From: Planctomycetota bacterium
GTDB taxonomy: Bacteria; Planctomycetota; UBA1135; UBA2386
Length of the DNA: 64,000 nt
Direction of reading: 5' to 3'
NCBI GenBank assembly: GCA_965228735.1
Contig: OZ245838.1
Coordinates: 3,904,001 to 3,968,000, forward strand
This document shows positions 1 to 9,765 of this stretch, one piece after another. A model generated the notes under the pieces. It worked only from the letters and a program-made list of their open reading frames with translations. It did not search any database and had not been told where the DNA came from. A program made the translations under genes and the position numbers. How positions within the stretch are numbered: the stretch's first letter is position 1; every line of letters starts with the position of its first letter.

Positions 1-273
1 GCGGTTGCGCGCCACCGCGAGACTGCCCTCGTGCATCACGCAGCCGAGTCCGAACTCGGCGGCGACGGCCATCACGTCATCGGCGCCGCCGACGCCGCAC
101 GGCCCGCGGTGGACGACGACGATCGCATCCGCGGCGCGCGTCTGCGCGCTCAGCGATTCGAGCGCGGTCTGCAGGTGCCCGACCGGACCGTCGTGCACCA
201 CGACGACACCGACCGACTCCGGCTTCCGATCGCCGGCCTCCGTTGCCTGCTCCGCGCTCGTTGTCTCCGCCAC
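1..273 (-). CDS. Glycosyltransferase family 2, N-terminal part (runs off window)
   Basis: Manual translation from GTG 273: VGVVVVHDG..HLQTALESLSAQTRAADAIVVV...SLAVARNR, a GT-A N-terminal pattern. Confidence 0.65.
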   Translation of the reverse strand, partial: MAETTSAEQATEAGDRKPESVGVVVVHDGPVGHLQTALESLSAQTRAADAIVVVHRGPCGVGGADDVMAVAAEFGLGCVMHEGSLAVARNR

Positions 274-349
274 GAGCGCTCAAAGGTAGCGTGGCGCCAC
301 GCGCGCGCCACGGGAACCGCGGCCGATTCGCGGGGCCGGGGCGAGCCAC

Positions 350-1210
350 CTACCAGGGCATCTGCCACGTGCGGTAGTCCGCTTCGATCCGCGGCAGCAG
401 CTCCTCGACGAGCGCGCTGCCGAGCCCGATCGCAGCGCCGGCCTCGGTGTCGAACTCGTGACCTTCCGCAGCGAGCGTCGACGGCAGGTCGGAGCGCCAC
501 GCGAGGTCGTTGGCCACGTGCACGAGACTCGCGAGATCGCGATGGATCGGCGCGTCCGCGGGATTGTGGTGGTAGCGCACCGCGGTCACGAGCTCTTCCG
601 GTAGGCGCCAGAGGATGCCGAGCATCGAGCCGACGTCGGCATGGGTGAAGCCGAGGCAATCACGTTCGATCTCGAGCTCGGCATCGGGCCGCGCACTGAC
701 GGCCTCGAGCAGCTCGCGGTAGCGCACGCCCAAACTCTGCACGAGCACGATGCGGCCGATGTCGTGCAGCAGGCCGGCCATGTAGAGGTGTTCGGGGTTG
801 CTCTCGGCGAACCGCGGCGAACTCGAACCGAGGATGCGCGCCGCCACGCCCGCGAAGATCGCGTGCCGCCAGAACGCGGCCGGATCGAAGTGCGGCTGTG
901 GATCGCGCACGTCATCGAACGTCTTGAACACCCCGGCCTGCAGCGCCGTCGCGCGCGTGACATCGAAGCCGAGCACCGAAACTGCGTGGCTGATCGACGT
1001 GACCCGTGACTGCAGTCCGTAGCTGACGGAGTTGACGATGCGCAGCATGTTGGCCGCGATCGCCGGGTCCTTGCTGATGATCTCGGCGGCGTCCTGAGCC
1101 GTGCAATCGGGCGAGCTCAGCGCTTCGTCGAGGCTCACGAGCACCTCGGGCATCGTCGGCAACTCCGTCGCACCGGAGACGACGGCCAGCAGATCAGGAA
1201 CGGTGGACAT
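350..1210 (-). CDS. HDOD domain protein (paralog 2)
   Basis: LPTMPEV, ISKDPAIAANMLRIVNS, FWRHA, AGLLHDIG, THADVG..W.LP, YHH motifs. Confidence 0.9.
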   Translation of the reverse strand: MSTVPDLLAVVSGATELPTMPEVLVSLDEALSSPDCTAQDAAEIISKDPAIAANMLRIVNSVSYGLQSRVTSISHAVSVLGFDVTRATALQAGVFKTFDDVRDPQPHFDPAAFWRHAIFAGVAARILGSSSPRFAESNPEHLYMAGLLHDIGRIVLVQSLGVRYRELLEAVSARPDAELEIERDCLGFTHADVGSMLGILWRLPEELVTAVRYHHNPADAPIHRDLASLVHVANDLAWRSDLPSTLAAEGHEFDTEAGAAIGLGSALVEELLPRIEADYRTWQMPW

Positions 1211-1217
1211 CGTCGTC

Positions 1218-2090
1218 CTACCAGGGCATCTCGGAGGCACGGAAGTCCTCCTCGATCTGCGGCAGCAGCTCTTCGACCTGATCTGGCGACAGCCCGACCT
1301 CGTCGTAGACGTCGTGGTCGAGGCGCGAGGCCACGGTGCCGTTCGTCGACGGCCGCCCCGCGTTCCAGGCCAGGTGGTCCGACAGGTGGATGAGCGAGCT
1401 CAGCGACTTGTGGAACGGATCCTTGCTCGGCGCGTGGTGGTAGCGGATCGCGATCGACAGGTCCTCGGGCAGGAACCACTTGATCGCGAGCACGGAGCCG
1501 ACGTCGGAGTGCGTGAAGCCGAGTTCGTCGAGCTCGACGTCGATGTCGGGCCGGCCCTCGGCGACCGCACGGCGCAGGATCGCGAGGTACCGCGGCGCCA
1601 TGCGCTCCATGAGGATGATCTTGCCGATGTCGTGCAGCAGACCGGCGATGTAGAGGTCCTCACCGTGCGTCTCGGCAAAGACCGAGGAGTTGGTGCCGAG
1701 CGCGCGCGCCGTGACACCGGTGAACACCGCGTGCTTCCAGAAGCCCGCGGCGTCGAAGTGCTGGATCTTCTCGCGCCGCTTGCCGAACGTCGAGAACACG
1801 GCCGCCTTGAGCGCGACCTTCTTCGTCATGTTGAAACCCATGACGGAGATCGCGAGGCTCACCGCGGACACGCGCACCTGCAGGCCATAGTAGGCCGAGT
1901 TGACGATGCGCAGCAGGTTGGTCGCGACCGCCGGGTCCTTGCTGACGACCTCGCCGACCTCCTCGGCCGACACCTCGGGGTCCGCCATGACGTCGTTCAG
2001 CTTGACGAGCACTTCCGGCATCGTCGGTAGCTCGATCGTGTTGTTGACAAGACTGAGGATGTTGGTCGATTGTCCTGTCTGCGAAGTCAT
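1218..2090 (-). CDS. HDOD domain protein (paralog 1)
   Basis: LPTMPEV, DPAVATNLLRIVNSAYYG, AGLLHDIGK, THSDVG, IRYHH motifs. Confidence 0.9.
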   Translation of the reverse strand: MTSQTGQSTNILSLVNNTIELPTMPEVLVKLNDVMADPEVSAEEVGEVVSKDPAVATNLLRIVNSAYYGLQVRVSAVSLAISVMGFNMTKKVALKAAVFSTFGKRREKIQHFDAAGFWKHAVFTGVTARALGTNSSVFAETHGEDLYIAGLLHDIGKIILMERMAPRYLAILRRAVAEGRPDIDVELDELGFTHSDVGSVLAIKWFLPEDLSIAIRYHHAPSKDPFHKSLSSLIHLSDHLAWNAGRPSTNGTVASRLDHDVYDEVGLSPDQVEELLPQIEEDFRASEMPW

Positions 2091-2141
2091 GGGCTCCCTA
2101 GTGCTCCTCTCGACCCACTATCGGGACTCGCGCGAATCACC

Positions 2142-3344
2142 TTGAAGGTCATCTTTCTATGTCAGCGCGTGCCCTACCCGCCGGACCGCGGGGACCGCAT
2201 CACGACGTGGCACTTCCTGCAGCATCTGCTGGCGCAGGGCGCCGACGTGCGCGTCGGGTGCTTCGCCGAAGAAGACCGTGACAGCGCGGGAATCGCGTTC
2301 TTGCGCGAGCGCTGCCGACAGGTCTCGGCGCCGCTGCTGCGGCGCGGCACCCGCAAGCTCACGAGCCTACGGGGTCTCCTGACGGGAGAACCCCTGACCC
2401 TGCCGTTCTTCCGCCACCGCGACCTGACCCGGGCGGTGACCGGCTGGCTGCGCGACGATCCGCCGGACCTGGTCTACGTCTACAGCTCGTCGATGGCCCA
2501 ATACGTGATGCGGTCAAACCGCGCGGACCGCCAGGCGCCGCGCGTGATGCAGTTCGCCGAGCTCGACTCCGACAAGTGGCGACAATACGCCACGGCCAGC
2601 GGCTGGCCCGGCAGCTGGATCTACGCGCGCGAGGCGCGGCGGCTGCTCGCGTTCGAGGATCGGGTCGCGCGCGAGTTCGACCTGTCGCTCGTCGTCAGCG
2701 ACGTCGAGAAGGAGCTGTTCATGGCGCGCATTCCGGGCGTCGAACCCGAGGTGCTGCCCAACGGCGTCGACGTCGCGCACTTCCGGACGACGGGCGATGC
2801 GGAACGCCACCCGCGCACCGCGGTGTTCACCGGCGTGATGGACTACGAACCCAACGTCGACGGCGTCTGCTGGTTCGCCGAGGAATGCTGGCCGCGCCTG
2901 CGCGAGCGCTTTCCCGACGCCGAGCTGCTCGTCGTCGGCAGCAAGCCGGTCGCCAGGGTGCAGGCGCTCGACGACCGACCCGGCATCACCGTGACGGGGC
3001 GCGTGCCGGAGACGCCGCCGTTCTTCGACCGCGCGAGCGTCGCGATCGCCCCACTCCGGCTCGCGCGCGGCGTGCAGAACAAGGTGCTCGAAGCGCTCAG
3101 CATGGCGTTGCCCGTCGTCGCGACGCCGCAGGCTTCGCAGGGCCTCGGCCCGGACCTGCCCGCGGGCGCGCTCACCGTCGCGGACGGTGTCGATGCGACG
3201 GTCGAGGGCGTGGCCGAGCTGTTCGCCGATCCCGAACGCGCGCGCCGCATGGGGCAGGCGGCCGGCGCGTGGGTGCGCGAGCACTGGCGCTGGGAACGGA
3301 TGTACGAACGGTTCGACGCGATGCTCGAACGGCTGCGACGCTGA
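2142..3344 (+). CDS. GT4 glycosyltransferase, TIGR03087 (PEP-CTERM/exosortase-associated) type
   Basis: RVPYPPDRGDRI, DSDKWRQYA, FTGVMDYEPNVDG, ARGVQNKVLEA; TTG start inferred. Confidence 0.85.
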   Translation: MKVIFLCQRVPYPPDRGDRITTWHFLQHLLAQGADVRVGCFAEEDRDSAGIAFLRERCRQVSAPLLRRGTRKLTSLRGLLTGEPLTLPFFRHRDLTRAVTGWLRDDPPDLVYVYSSSMAQYVMRSNRADRQAPRVMQFAELDSDKWRQYATASGWPGSWIYAREARRLLAFEDRVAREFDLSLVVSDVEKELFMARIPGVEPEVLPNGVDVAHFRTTGDAERHPRTAVFTGVMDYEPNVDGVCWFAEECWPRLRERFPDAELLVVGSKPVARVQALDDRPGITVTGRVPETPPFFDRASVAIAPLRLARGVQNKVLEALSMALPVVATPQASQGLGPDLPAGALTVADGVDATVEGVAELFADPERARRMGQAAGAWVREHWRWERMYERFDAMLERLRR

Positions 3345-3365
3345 TGCCCGCGCCGCAGAACTCCG

Positions 3366-4118
3366 CTACTCGGGCGGCGCGCGCAGCTGGAACACGACCG
3401 GCACGTCGACGTCGTCGGCCACGGGCACGCCGTTCTCGGTCGTCGGCGAGAAGCGCCACTTGCGCACCGCGGCGAGCGCGGCGCGGTTGAGCCCCGGGTA
3501 CGGCGAGGCCTCTTTCAGCGCGACCGCGGTCACGTGACCGTCGGGGTCGACGGACGCCGTGACGATGACGGTGCCCTCGCGCCCGAGGCGACGTTCGCGC
3601 TTCGGGTACGGCGGCGGTTCGTTCTCGGCCAGCGGGCTCGCGGTGACGACCGCGGCGACGGGCGGCTCGGGCGGCGGCACCGTCATGGCCTCGACGACGT
3701 CGCGGTCCTCGGGCGTGGCGACGGCCTCGACGGCCGGCCGGGTTGTTTCAGGTCGAGTCGTTTCAGGCCGAGTCGTTTCGGATTGGGGCCGGATGCGCGC
3801 CAGCGAGGCCCGCGGGATCGCGGCCGGCATCACGAGCGGCGGCTCGATCACCTCGGCCGGCGGCCGGCGCTCGGGCAGCGGCGGGGGCAGCTCGATCGGC
3901 TCGGGCGGGAGCTCGAACTCGTCGCGAACGGGCTCGGGCCGCACGGGCGGCGCGGCGTCGTGCTGCGGCTGCGCGGTCGCCTCGGGCACCGGCAGCTGCT
4001 GCCGGATCGCGACCTCGGCGCGCTCACGCGCCGGCCGCGCCGTCGCGCTCGCATACGCGACGACCGCGATCGCGCCGCCGTGGGCGAGCACCGACAGAAT
4101 GAGGAACGAGGTCCGCAC
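3366..4118 (-). CDS. tonB: Energy transducer TonB family protein
   Basis: N-terminal TM with SVLAH (SxxxH), Pro-rich linker, C-terminal PPYP..RRLGREGTV...AALAAVRKWRF.P...G.PV. Confidence 0.85.
   Translation of the reverse strand: MRTSFLILSVLAHGGAIAVVAYASATARPARERAEVAIRQQLPVPEATAQPQHDAAPPVRPEPVRDEFELPPEPIELPPPLPERRPPAEVIEPPLVMPAAIPRASLARIRPQSETTRPETTRPETTRPAVEAVATPEDRDVVEAMTVPPPEPPVAAVVTASPLAENEPPPYPKRERRLGREGTVIVTASVDPDGHVTAVALKEASPYPGLNRAALAAVRKWRFSPTTENGVPVADDVDVPVVFQLRAPPE
3736..3780 (-). repeat. In-frame 15-bp tandem repeat x3 (ETTRP) in TonB linker
   Basis: Protein SETTRPETTRPETTRP; DNA gtttcaggYcgagtc units. Confidence 0.8.
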
Positions 4119-4254
4119 CGGGCGAAGAACGGTAACCGGGCCCGGGGGTTCACGGCCAGTCCCGGGGCGGCGAGCCCCCCTCGACGCCCCCGGACCGACC
4201 TCCGAGCCGCGGCGATTCGCCCGATACGGCCGGAGGAGCCGCCCGGGCGCGGGA

Positions 4255-5526
4255 TCAGTCGGCCGCCGGCGCGAGGCGGAAGATCTTGCCCGTGCGGCCG
4301 CCGTTCTTGACGAAGCACATGACGAGGACCTCGCCATCCGGAGTCTCGGCGAAACTCGCGGGCGGGAACGGCGCGGGCGCGAGCGTGACGACGCGGTGCT
4401 CACCCGTCGTATCGACCGCCCACATGCGCTTCGTCATGAAGTCGCCGTAGACGAAGTGACCGACGAGCTGCGGGATCGCCGTGCCGCGGTAGACGTGACC
4501 GCCCGTGATCGACAGCCCGTCGCGATGCGAGTACTCCGCGATCGGCGGGATCGGATTCGGCGGCGTCTCCTTGCGGCTGCGGCGCGCGACGAACTTCTCG
4601 GTCCCCTCGAACGAGTTCCAACCGTAGAAACCGCCCTTCTCGATGCGGTCGACCTCCTCGAGGCGATTCTGGCCGACATCGCCGGCCCACAACTCGCCGG
4701 TCTTCGGGTCGAACGCCATGCGCCAGACGTTGCGCAGGCCGTAGGCCCAGATCTCGCCGCGCGCACCGTCCCGATCGACGAACGGGTTGTCCTGCGGGAT
4801 CGCATACGGCGAGTCCGCGGACGCCTCGCGCACGTCGATCCGCAGCACCTTGCCGAGCAGGTTCGCGAGGCTCTCGCTGTTGCCGTAGGGATCGTTGGCC
4901 GCGCCGCCGTCGCCGATCGCGACGTAGAGCATCCCGTCGGGACCGAACACGATCGTGCCGCCGTTGTGATTGCCCCACGGCTCGAAGACCTCGAGCAGCC
5001 GCAGTTCGGTCGCCGGGTCGACGACCGGGTGCTCGCCCGAGCGGTCCACGGTCAGACGCGAGATCACCGACTGGCGATCGCTCTTGCGCTTGCGCCCACC
5101 CGCGAGTTCGCCCTCGCGCTCCTCCGTCTGCTCGGACCAGCAGATGTAGACGTGACCGTTCTGCTCGAACGCCGGATCGAACGCGAAGCCGAGCAGGCCC
5201 TCTTCCCAGTTCTTCGTGTAGACGCGTTCGCTGAAGTCGAGGAACGCGTGCCGCGCGCCACTCTCGCCGGCCGCGTCGATGCGCCAGATGTGGCCCGGCT
5301 GCGTGACGACGTAGGCCATGCCCGGATCCGTCTCGTGGTAGGCGACGAAGACCGGCCGATCGAACGGCTCCTGCGCCGGGAACGCCTCGACGAACTCGAT
5401 CGCGGGGCCCGGCCGGGGCTGCCGTTCATCGTCGCCTTGGTCCGACTGCGCGGGCGCGAAGCCGGCCATGGTCACGGCGACGACCAGGGTCCGCGCCAGG
5501 AGGTTCACTGCGAGTGTAGGCTGCAT
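4255..5526 (-). CDS. PQQ-dependent sugar dehydrogenase (GSDH beta-propeller)
   Basis: EEGLLGFAFDP, NHNGGTIVFGPDGMLY, GKVLRID, IWAYGLRN, DVGQN..EE; signal peptide. Confidence 0.9.
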   Translation of the reverse strand: MQPTLAVNLLARTLVVAVTMAGFAPAQSDQGDDERQPRPGPAIEFVEAFPAQEPFDRPVFVAYHETDPGMAYVVTQPGHIWRIDAAGESGARHAFLDFSERVYTKNWEEGLLGFAFDPAFEQNGHVYICWSEQTEEREGELAGGRKRKSDRQSVISRLTVDRSGEHPVVDPATELRLLEVFEPWGNHNGGTIVFGPDGMLYVAIGDGGAANDPYGNSESLANLLGKVLRIDVREASADSPYAIPQDNPFVDRDGARGEIWAYGLRNVWRMAFDPKTGELWAGDVGQNRLEEVDRIEKGGFYGWNSFEGTEKFVARRSRKETPPNPIPPIAEYSHRDGLSITGGHVYRGTAIPQLVGHFVYGDFMTKRMWAVDTTGEHRVVTLAPAPFPPASFAETPDGEVLVMCFVKNGGRTGKIFRLAPAAD

Positions 5527-5588
5527 TGCGGTGGGATATAGGACAACGCGGGCTCGCAGAAGCCACAACGGGACGTCAAGATCACCGC

Positions 5589-6350
5589 ATGCTGCGCCTG
5601 ACCGGATTGCGCAAGGCCTACGGGCAGAACGTCGCGCTCTCTAACCTGGACCTCGAGATCCCGGCGGGCGAGATCCTCGCGCTGCTCGGCCCGAACGGCG
5701 CCGGCAAGTCGACGACCGTGAAGTGCATCGTCGGCCTGCTGCGGCCCGATCGCGGCACGGTCGAGATCGACGGCATCGATGCATGGCAGCACCCGACGAA
5801 GACGCGCGGCCTCGTCGGCTACCTGCCGGAGATCGCACGTCTGCACGAGGCGCTCACGCCGTGGGAGTTCCTGCGCCTCAAGGGTCGGCTGTTCGACCTC
5901 GAGGACGATCTGATCCGCGCGCGCGGCGAACGTCTGCTCCAAGGGTTCGAGATCGGCGACCGCGGCGACGAGCCGATGGCCGGCTTCAGCAAGGGCATGA
6001 TGCAGAAGGTCTCGATCGCGGCCGCGCTGCTGACCGAGCCCAAGGTCCTGGTCTTCGACGAACCGCTGTCCGGCCTCGACGTCACGACGACGCTCGTCGT
6101 GAAAGAACTGATGAAGGAGTTCGCGCGTCGCGGTGGCAGCGTCCTCTACTGCAGCCACCTGCTCGACGTCGTCGAGTCGGTCGCGGACCGCATCGCGGTC
6201 ATCGGCAAGGGCGAGTTGCTCGCGGTCGGCACGGGTAAGGAGCTGCGCGATCGCGCGGGCACGGGCGACAGTTCGGCCCTCGACACGGTGTTCCGCTCGC
6301 TCGTGCAGGCCAGCGACCCCGAAGCCGCAGCCCGCTCGATCCTCGGGTGA
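5589..6350 (+). CDS. ABC transporter ATP-binding protein (ABC-2 exporter type)
   Basis: Walker A GPNGAGKS, signature FSKGM, Walker B VFDEP, H-loop SH. Confidence 0.9.
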   Translation: MLRLTGLRKAYGQNVALSNLDLEIPAGEILALLGPNGAGKSTTVKCIVGLLRPDRGTVEIDGIDAWQHPTKTRGLVGYLPEIARLHEALTPWEFLRLKGRLFDLEDDLIRARGERLLQGFEIGDRGDEPMAGFSKGMMQKVSIAAALLTEPKVLVFDEPLSGLDVTTTLVVKELMKEFARRGGSVLYCSHLLDVVESVADRIAVIGKGELLAVGTGKELRDRAGTGDSSALDTVFRSLVQASDPEAAARSILG

Positions 6351-6463
6351 ACATACGGAACCCCCCGTCGCGTCTCAGCGTGGGGCGCCGTGCCATCGCG
6401 GGTTCGGGCTCTCGGTGACGGTCGGCGGTCAAGCGACCTCACGGGCGAGCCGATGCCCCTCGC

Positions 6464-8185
6464 ATGACGGTTGCTGGCGACCTGTCGACGATCGATCTGC
6501 CGGATCTCCTGCAGAACATCGAATCCCATGGCCGCACGGGGACGCTGCGGCTGACGGGTGAGCACGGGGCGGCCCACGTGCTGTTCCGCGATGGCCATCT
6601 GATGGCCTTGGCCGCGGATTGGCGCAAGAGCCTCGGGGAACGTCTCGTCGCGACGGGTCATCTGACCGAGCGCAAGCTCGCCGGCGCGCGCAAGCGGCAG
6701 CGCGCCGGTCGCAAGTCGCTCGGCCAGGTGCTCACGGCGGCGCGCGCGATGACGGCCGACGAACTGCGCGCAGCGGCCGAGCACTTCCTGTCCGAGGACG
6801 TGATCGATCTGATCTCGTCCGCGCAGGGAGAGTTCGAGTTCGTCGAGGGGCCGCCGCCGAAGGGCGTCTTCGAACGCGACGAGGCCACGCTCGGCCTCGC
6901 GATCGCGGTCGCACCACTGATCCTCGAGGCCAGCCGCCGGGTCGATCAGTGGACCGAGATCCGGCGCTACGTGCCGAACGACGCAGTGCATCTGCGCGTC
7001 CGCGACAACGCCCAGGTCAGCCCCGACTGCGAGGACCCGGAGTTCGCCACGGACGTGCTCGAGGCGCTGGACGGCGCGCTCAGCGTGGTCGAGGTCGCCG
7101 AGCGGTTCCCCGACCGGCGCTTCGAGTGCTTCGAGCTCGTCGCCGCGTTCACGCGCGATCATGTGACGCGCGCGCTGAACGCCGATGACCTGCTGGCCGT
7201 CGCCGAGTCGGTCGGCAAGGCGCGGCCCGGCCGGGCGCGGGTCGTCGCCCGCCGCGGACTGCGCTGCGAGCCGCAGCACGAGGACCTGCTCGCGTTCGAG
7301 GCCGAACTCTCCGAACAGCTCGGTGATCTCACCGCGGCGGTCGAAGCCCACAAACTGCTCGCCCACATTCTCGCGGAGAACGGCAGCAGCGACGACGCAC
7401 TCGCCGAGCTCGAACGGGCCCGCGACCTGGCCCCGAACGATCCCGCGATCGTCGAACGCACCCTCACGCTGCGACAAGAGCTCGGTCATACCCAGGAAGC
7501 GCAGCAGGACGGCCTCCGCCTCGTCGAGCTCTATCGCGCACCCGGCCTGCACGCGCGCGCCAAGGACGTGCTCGTTCGGCTGCAGCGCGCCGACCCGGAG
7601 TCGATCGAGCTCGAGCTCGAAATCGCGCGCACGCGGGTCGACTGCGGCGAGGCTCCGGCGGCCATCCAACAGCTGCTGCGCCGCGGCAAGAGGCTCGTTG
7701 GCGCGGAGAACTACGTCGGCGCGCACCTGCTCTTCGAAGCCGTGCTCGAGATCGAGCCGAGCAACCGCGAAGCCGCGGTCTCGGTCGAGATGATCGACAA
7801 GGAGGAGTTCGCGCGGCGCCGGCAAAGGCAACGCCAGCTGCTGCGGCGGTGCTACACGACGCTGTGGCTGCTGGCGCTGGCGACCGTCGTCTGGATCGAG
7901 GCGTCGGCGCGCATCGCGTACGTCGACCTGCGTTCGCGGATCGGCAGCGACCGGCTGCTCGAACGTGGGGAGCGCGCCGAGGCTGCGCGGCTCTGGCGTG
8001 CGTTCTGCGACGAGCACAGCTGCTCGTTCACCGCGTTGCTCGATGTGCCGACCCTGCTCGCCGAGCTCGAGAGCGCGGCCGGTGAGCGCCCGGGCGACGC
8101 CCCCGAGGACAACAGCGGAGCGCCGAACGATGACGACGGCGCGCGCGTCCTGCGGCGGGCCGGCGACACCACCGGCGGCCAGTGA
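6464..8185 (+). CDS. DUF4388 (PATAN-like) domain protein with TPR region and C-terminal TM
   Basis: GDLSTIDLPDLLQ...TGTLRL...VLFRDG, LGERLV..G, helical TPR-like repeats, hydrophobic LWLLALATVVWI. Confidence 0.75.
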   Translation: MTVAGDLSTIDLPDLLQNIESHGRTGTLRLTGEHGAAHVLFRDGHLMALAADWRKSLGERLVATGHLTERKLAGARKRQRAGRKSLGQVLTAARAMTADELRAAAEHFLSEDVIDLISSAQGEFEFVEGPPPKGVFERDEATLGLAIAVAPLILEASRRVDQWTEIRRYVPNDAVHLRVRDNAQVSPDCEDPEFATDVLEALDGALSVVEVAERFPDRRFECFELVAAFTRDHVTRALNADDLLAVAESVGKARPGRARVVARRGLRCEPQHEDLLAFEAELSEQLGDLTAAVEAHKLLAHILAENGSSDDALAELERARDLAPNDPAIVERTLTLRQELGHTQEAQQDGLRLVELYRAPGLHARAKDVLVRLQRADPESIELELEIARTRVDCGEAPAAIQQLLRRGKRLVGAENYVGAHLLFEAVLEIEPSNREAAVSVEMIDKEEFARRRQRQRQLLRRCYTTLWLLALATVVWIEASARIAYVDLRSRIGSDRLLERGERAEAARLWRAFCDEHSCSFTALLDVPTLLAELESAAGERPGDAPEDNSGAPNDDDGARVLRRAGDTTGGQ

Positions 8186-8199
8186 CGGACGGCGCCGGG

Positions 8200-8937
8200 C
8201 TACGCGGCCTGGAACTGCGTCATGTCGAGCGCGAAGTGCACCGGCCAGAACCACCAGAGGTCGCGCGTCGCCTGCACGGTGCGGCAGACGCCGAGGCCGA
8301 GCGCGACGTCACCGAGGAGCAGCGCGAAATCGCCGAGGGCGGCCTCACCGTGGACCATCGCCGGGATGTGACCCGAGGCGAACAGTGCGGCCACGAGTCC
8401 GGCGACGACCCACTCGCGCCTGAGCGATGCGCCGAGGCGGACGAGCAGGACGCCGATCGAGAGATCCTCGAGCCCGACCTGCGCGAGTTCGTCGAGGTGC
8501 TCGAAACGGAACGTGTGCTGCAGTCGGCTGCCGAGGCCGACCGACTCGGGCGCGGCGAGGTCGAACGCCTGCAGCGCGATCACGGCGAGCGCGACGCCGA
8601 GCGCGAGCCGCCAGTGCACCTGCGAGAGCGGGAACCACGCCGTGGCCGGATGCTGTCGCCGCACGACCAGCAGCAGCACGATCGGCAGGAAGATGAACAG
8701 CTGGTTGAGCGCCGAGAACACCGGGTTGGTCTCCGGCAGCCGCACGCCGTTCTGCCAGAGCTGACCGACTCCGATCACGAGAACGGCGGCGAGGAACGCG
8801 TAGCCCACCTCGCGCCAGGGGCTCTCGAACTCGGCCCGCGGCGCCGGTTCGGGCCTTCCGACGGCACGATGCAGCGCGAGCCGCCCGACGACCACCGCGC
8901 CGTAGCCGGCAAAGAGCGCGACATGATGGTCGATCAC
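8200..8937 (-). CDS. CPBP/Abi (CAAX) family intramembrane protease-like protein
   Basis: Multi-TM; LED, LFASGH, WPVHFALD motifs; GTG overlaps tetR stop. Confidence 0.65.
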   Translation of the reverse strand: MIDHHVALFAGYGAVVVGRLALHRAVGRPEPAPRAEFESPWREVGYAFLAAVLVIGVGQLWQNGVRLPETNPVFSALNQLFIFLPIVLLLVVRRQHPATAWFPLSQVHWRLALGVALAVIALQAFDLAAPESVGLGSRLQHTFRFEHLDELAQVGLEDLSIGVLLVRLGASLRREWVVAGLVAALFASGHIPAMVHGEAALGDFALLLGDVALGLGVCRTVQATRDLWWFWPVHFALDMTQFQAA

Positions 8938-9578
8938 GCTGCCCCCTGCGCCGCCGGCGTGAGGTAGGCCGTGAGCATCGCTGCGAGCTCGCGTTCGAGC
9001 GTGCGGTCGGCGAAGTGGCGCGACGTCCGGTGGACCGCGTCCTCGACGAGGATCTTGTCCTTGCAGACCGCCATGAGCGCGACGACCGCGAACTCGGCGG
9101 CGAGCGCCGGTCGCCCCGTCGTCCCCGCGAGCAGGCTGGCGCATCGCGCCACGAGCCGCTGCCGGTCCGCGCGACTCTCGGGGCTGATCGCCTCGGGATG
9201 ACACACCCCGTGGACGAGCACCGCGCGCCACAGCCCCCGCCGCTGCCGATACAGCGTGACCGCGATCTTCGCCATGCGCGCGGCGCGCTCACCGAGCGAC
9301 AGCCCCAGCCACCGTGCCGGATCGAGCGTCATCTGCAGGTCGCCGGCGAGCGCGACCTCGTAGCGTTCGTAGAGCAGCGGCAGCAGCGCCTCCTTGTCGC
9401 GAAAGCGCCGATAGAACGTGCCGACGGCGACGCCCGCCTCCGCAGCGATCTCCGCAACCGACAACTCGTCGAACACGCGCTCTTCGAGCAGCCGCTCCGC
9501 CGCGTCGAGCAACCGCTCGTGCGTCTGCCGACTGCGCGACTGCCGCGCCACGTGACTCGCACCGGGAGCTGCTCGCAT
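8934..9578 (-). CDS. TetR/AcrR family regulator
   Basis: QSRSRQTHERLLDAA...SVAEIAAEAGVAVGTFYRRFRDKEALL HTH. Confidence 0.92.
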   Translation of the reverse strand: MRAAPGASHVARQSRSRQTHERLLDAAERLLEERVFDELSVAEIAAEAGVAVGTFYRRFRDKEALLPLLYERYEVALAGDLQMTLDPARWLGLSLGERAARMAKIAVTLYRQRRGLWRAVLVHGVCHPEAISPESRADRQRLVARCASLLAGTTGRPALAAEFAVVALMAVCKDKILVEDAVHRTSRHFADRTLERELAAMLTAYLTPAAQGAA

Positions 9579-9605
9579 GGAATGCGAATCTATGTTCACA
9601 TTCCA
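9578..9605. promoter_or_regulatory. Probable TetR autoregulatory operator
   Basis: TGGAATGCGAA-tctatg-TTCACATTCCA, 11-bp inverted repeat with 1 mismatch abutting the tetR start. Confidence 0.65.
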
Positions 9606-9648
9606 AACGAAGCAAGTCCAGACCAGAGGTCTTCGGAAGGTCAGTAGT

Positions 9649-9764
9649 TGGCGGTACCGAACCCGCTTCGAATCCGCCACGCCGGTGCGGCGCTACATCG
9701 CTCGACAACGGTGACTTGCAATCCGCGTCGGGGTGGCGGATTTGAAGCGGGTTTGGTACCGCCA
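9649..9764. repeat. REPIN-like inverted doublet of a 32-bp element
   Basis: 9649-9680 TGGCGGTACCGAACCCGCTTCGAATCCGCCAC; 9733-9764 is its reverse complement with 2 mismatches. Confidence 0.85.
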
Positions 9765-9765
9765 G

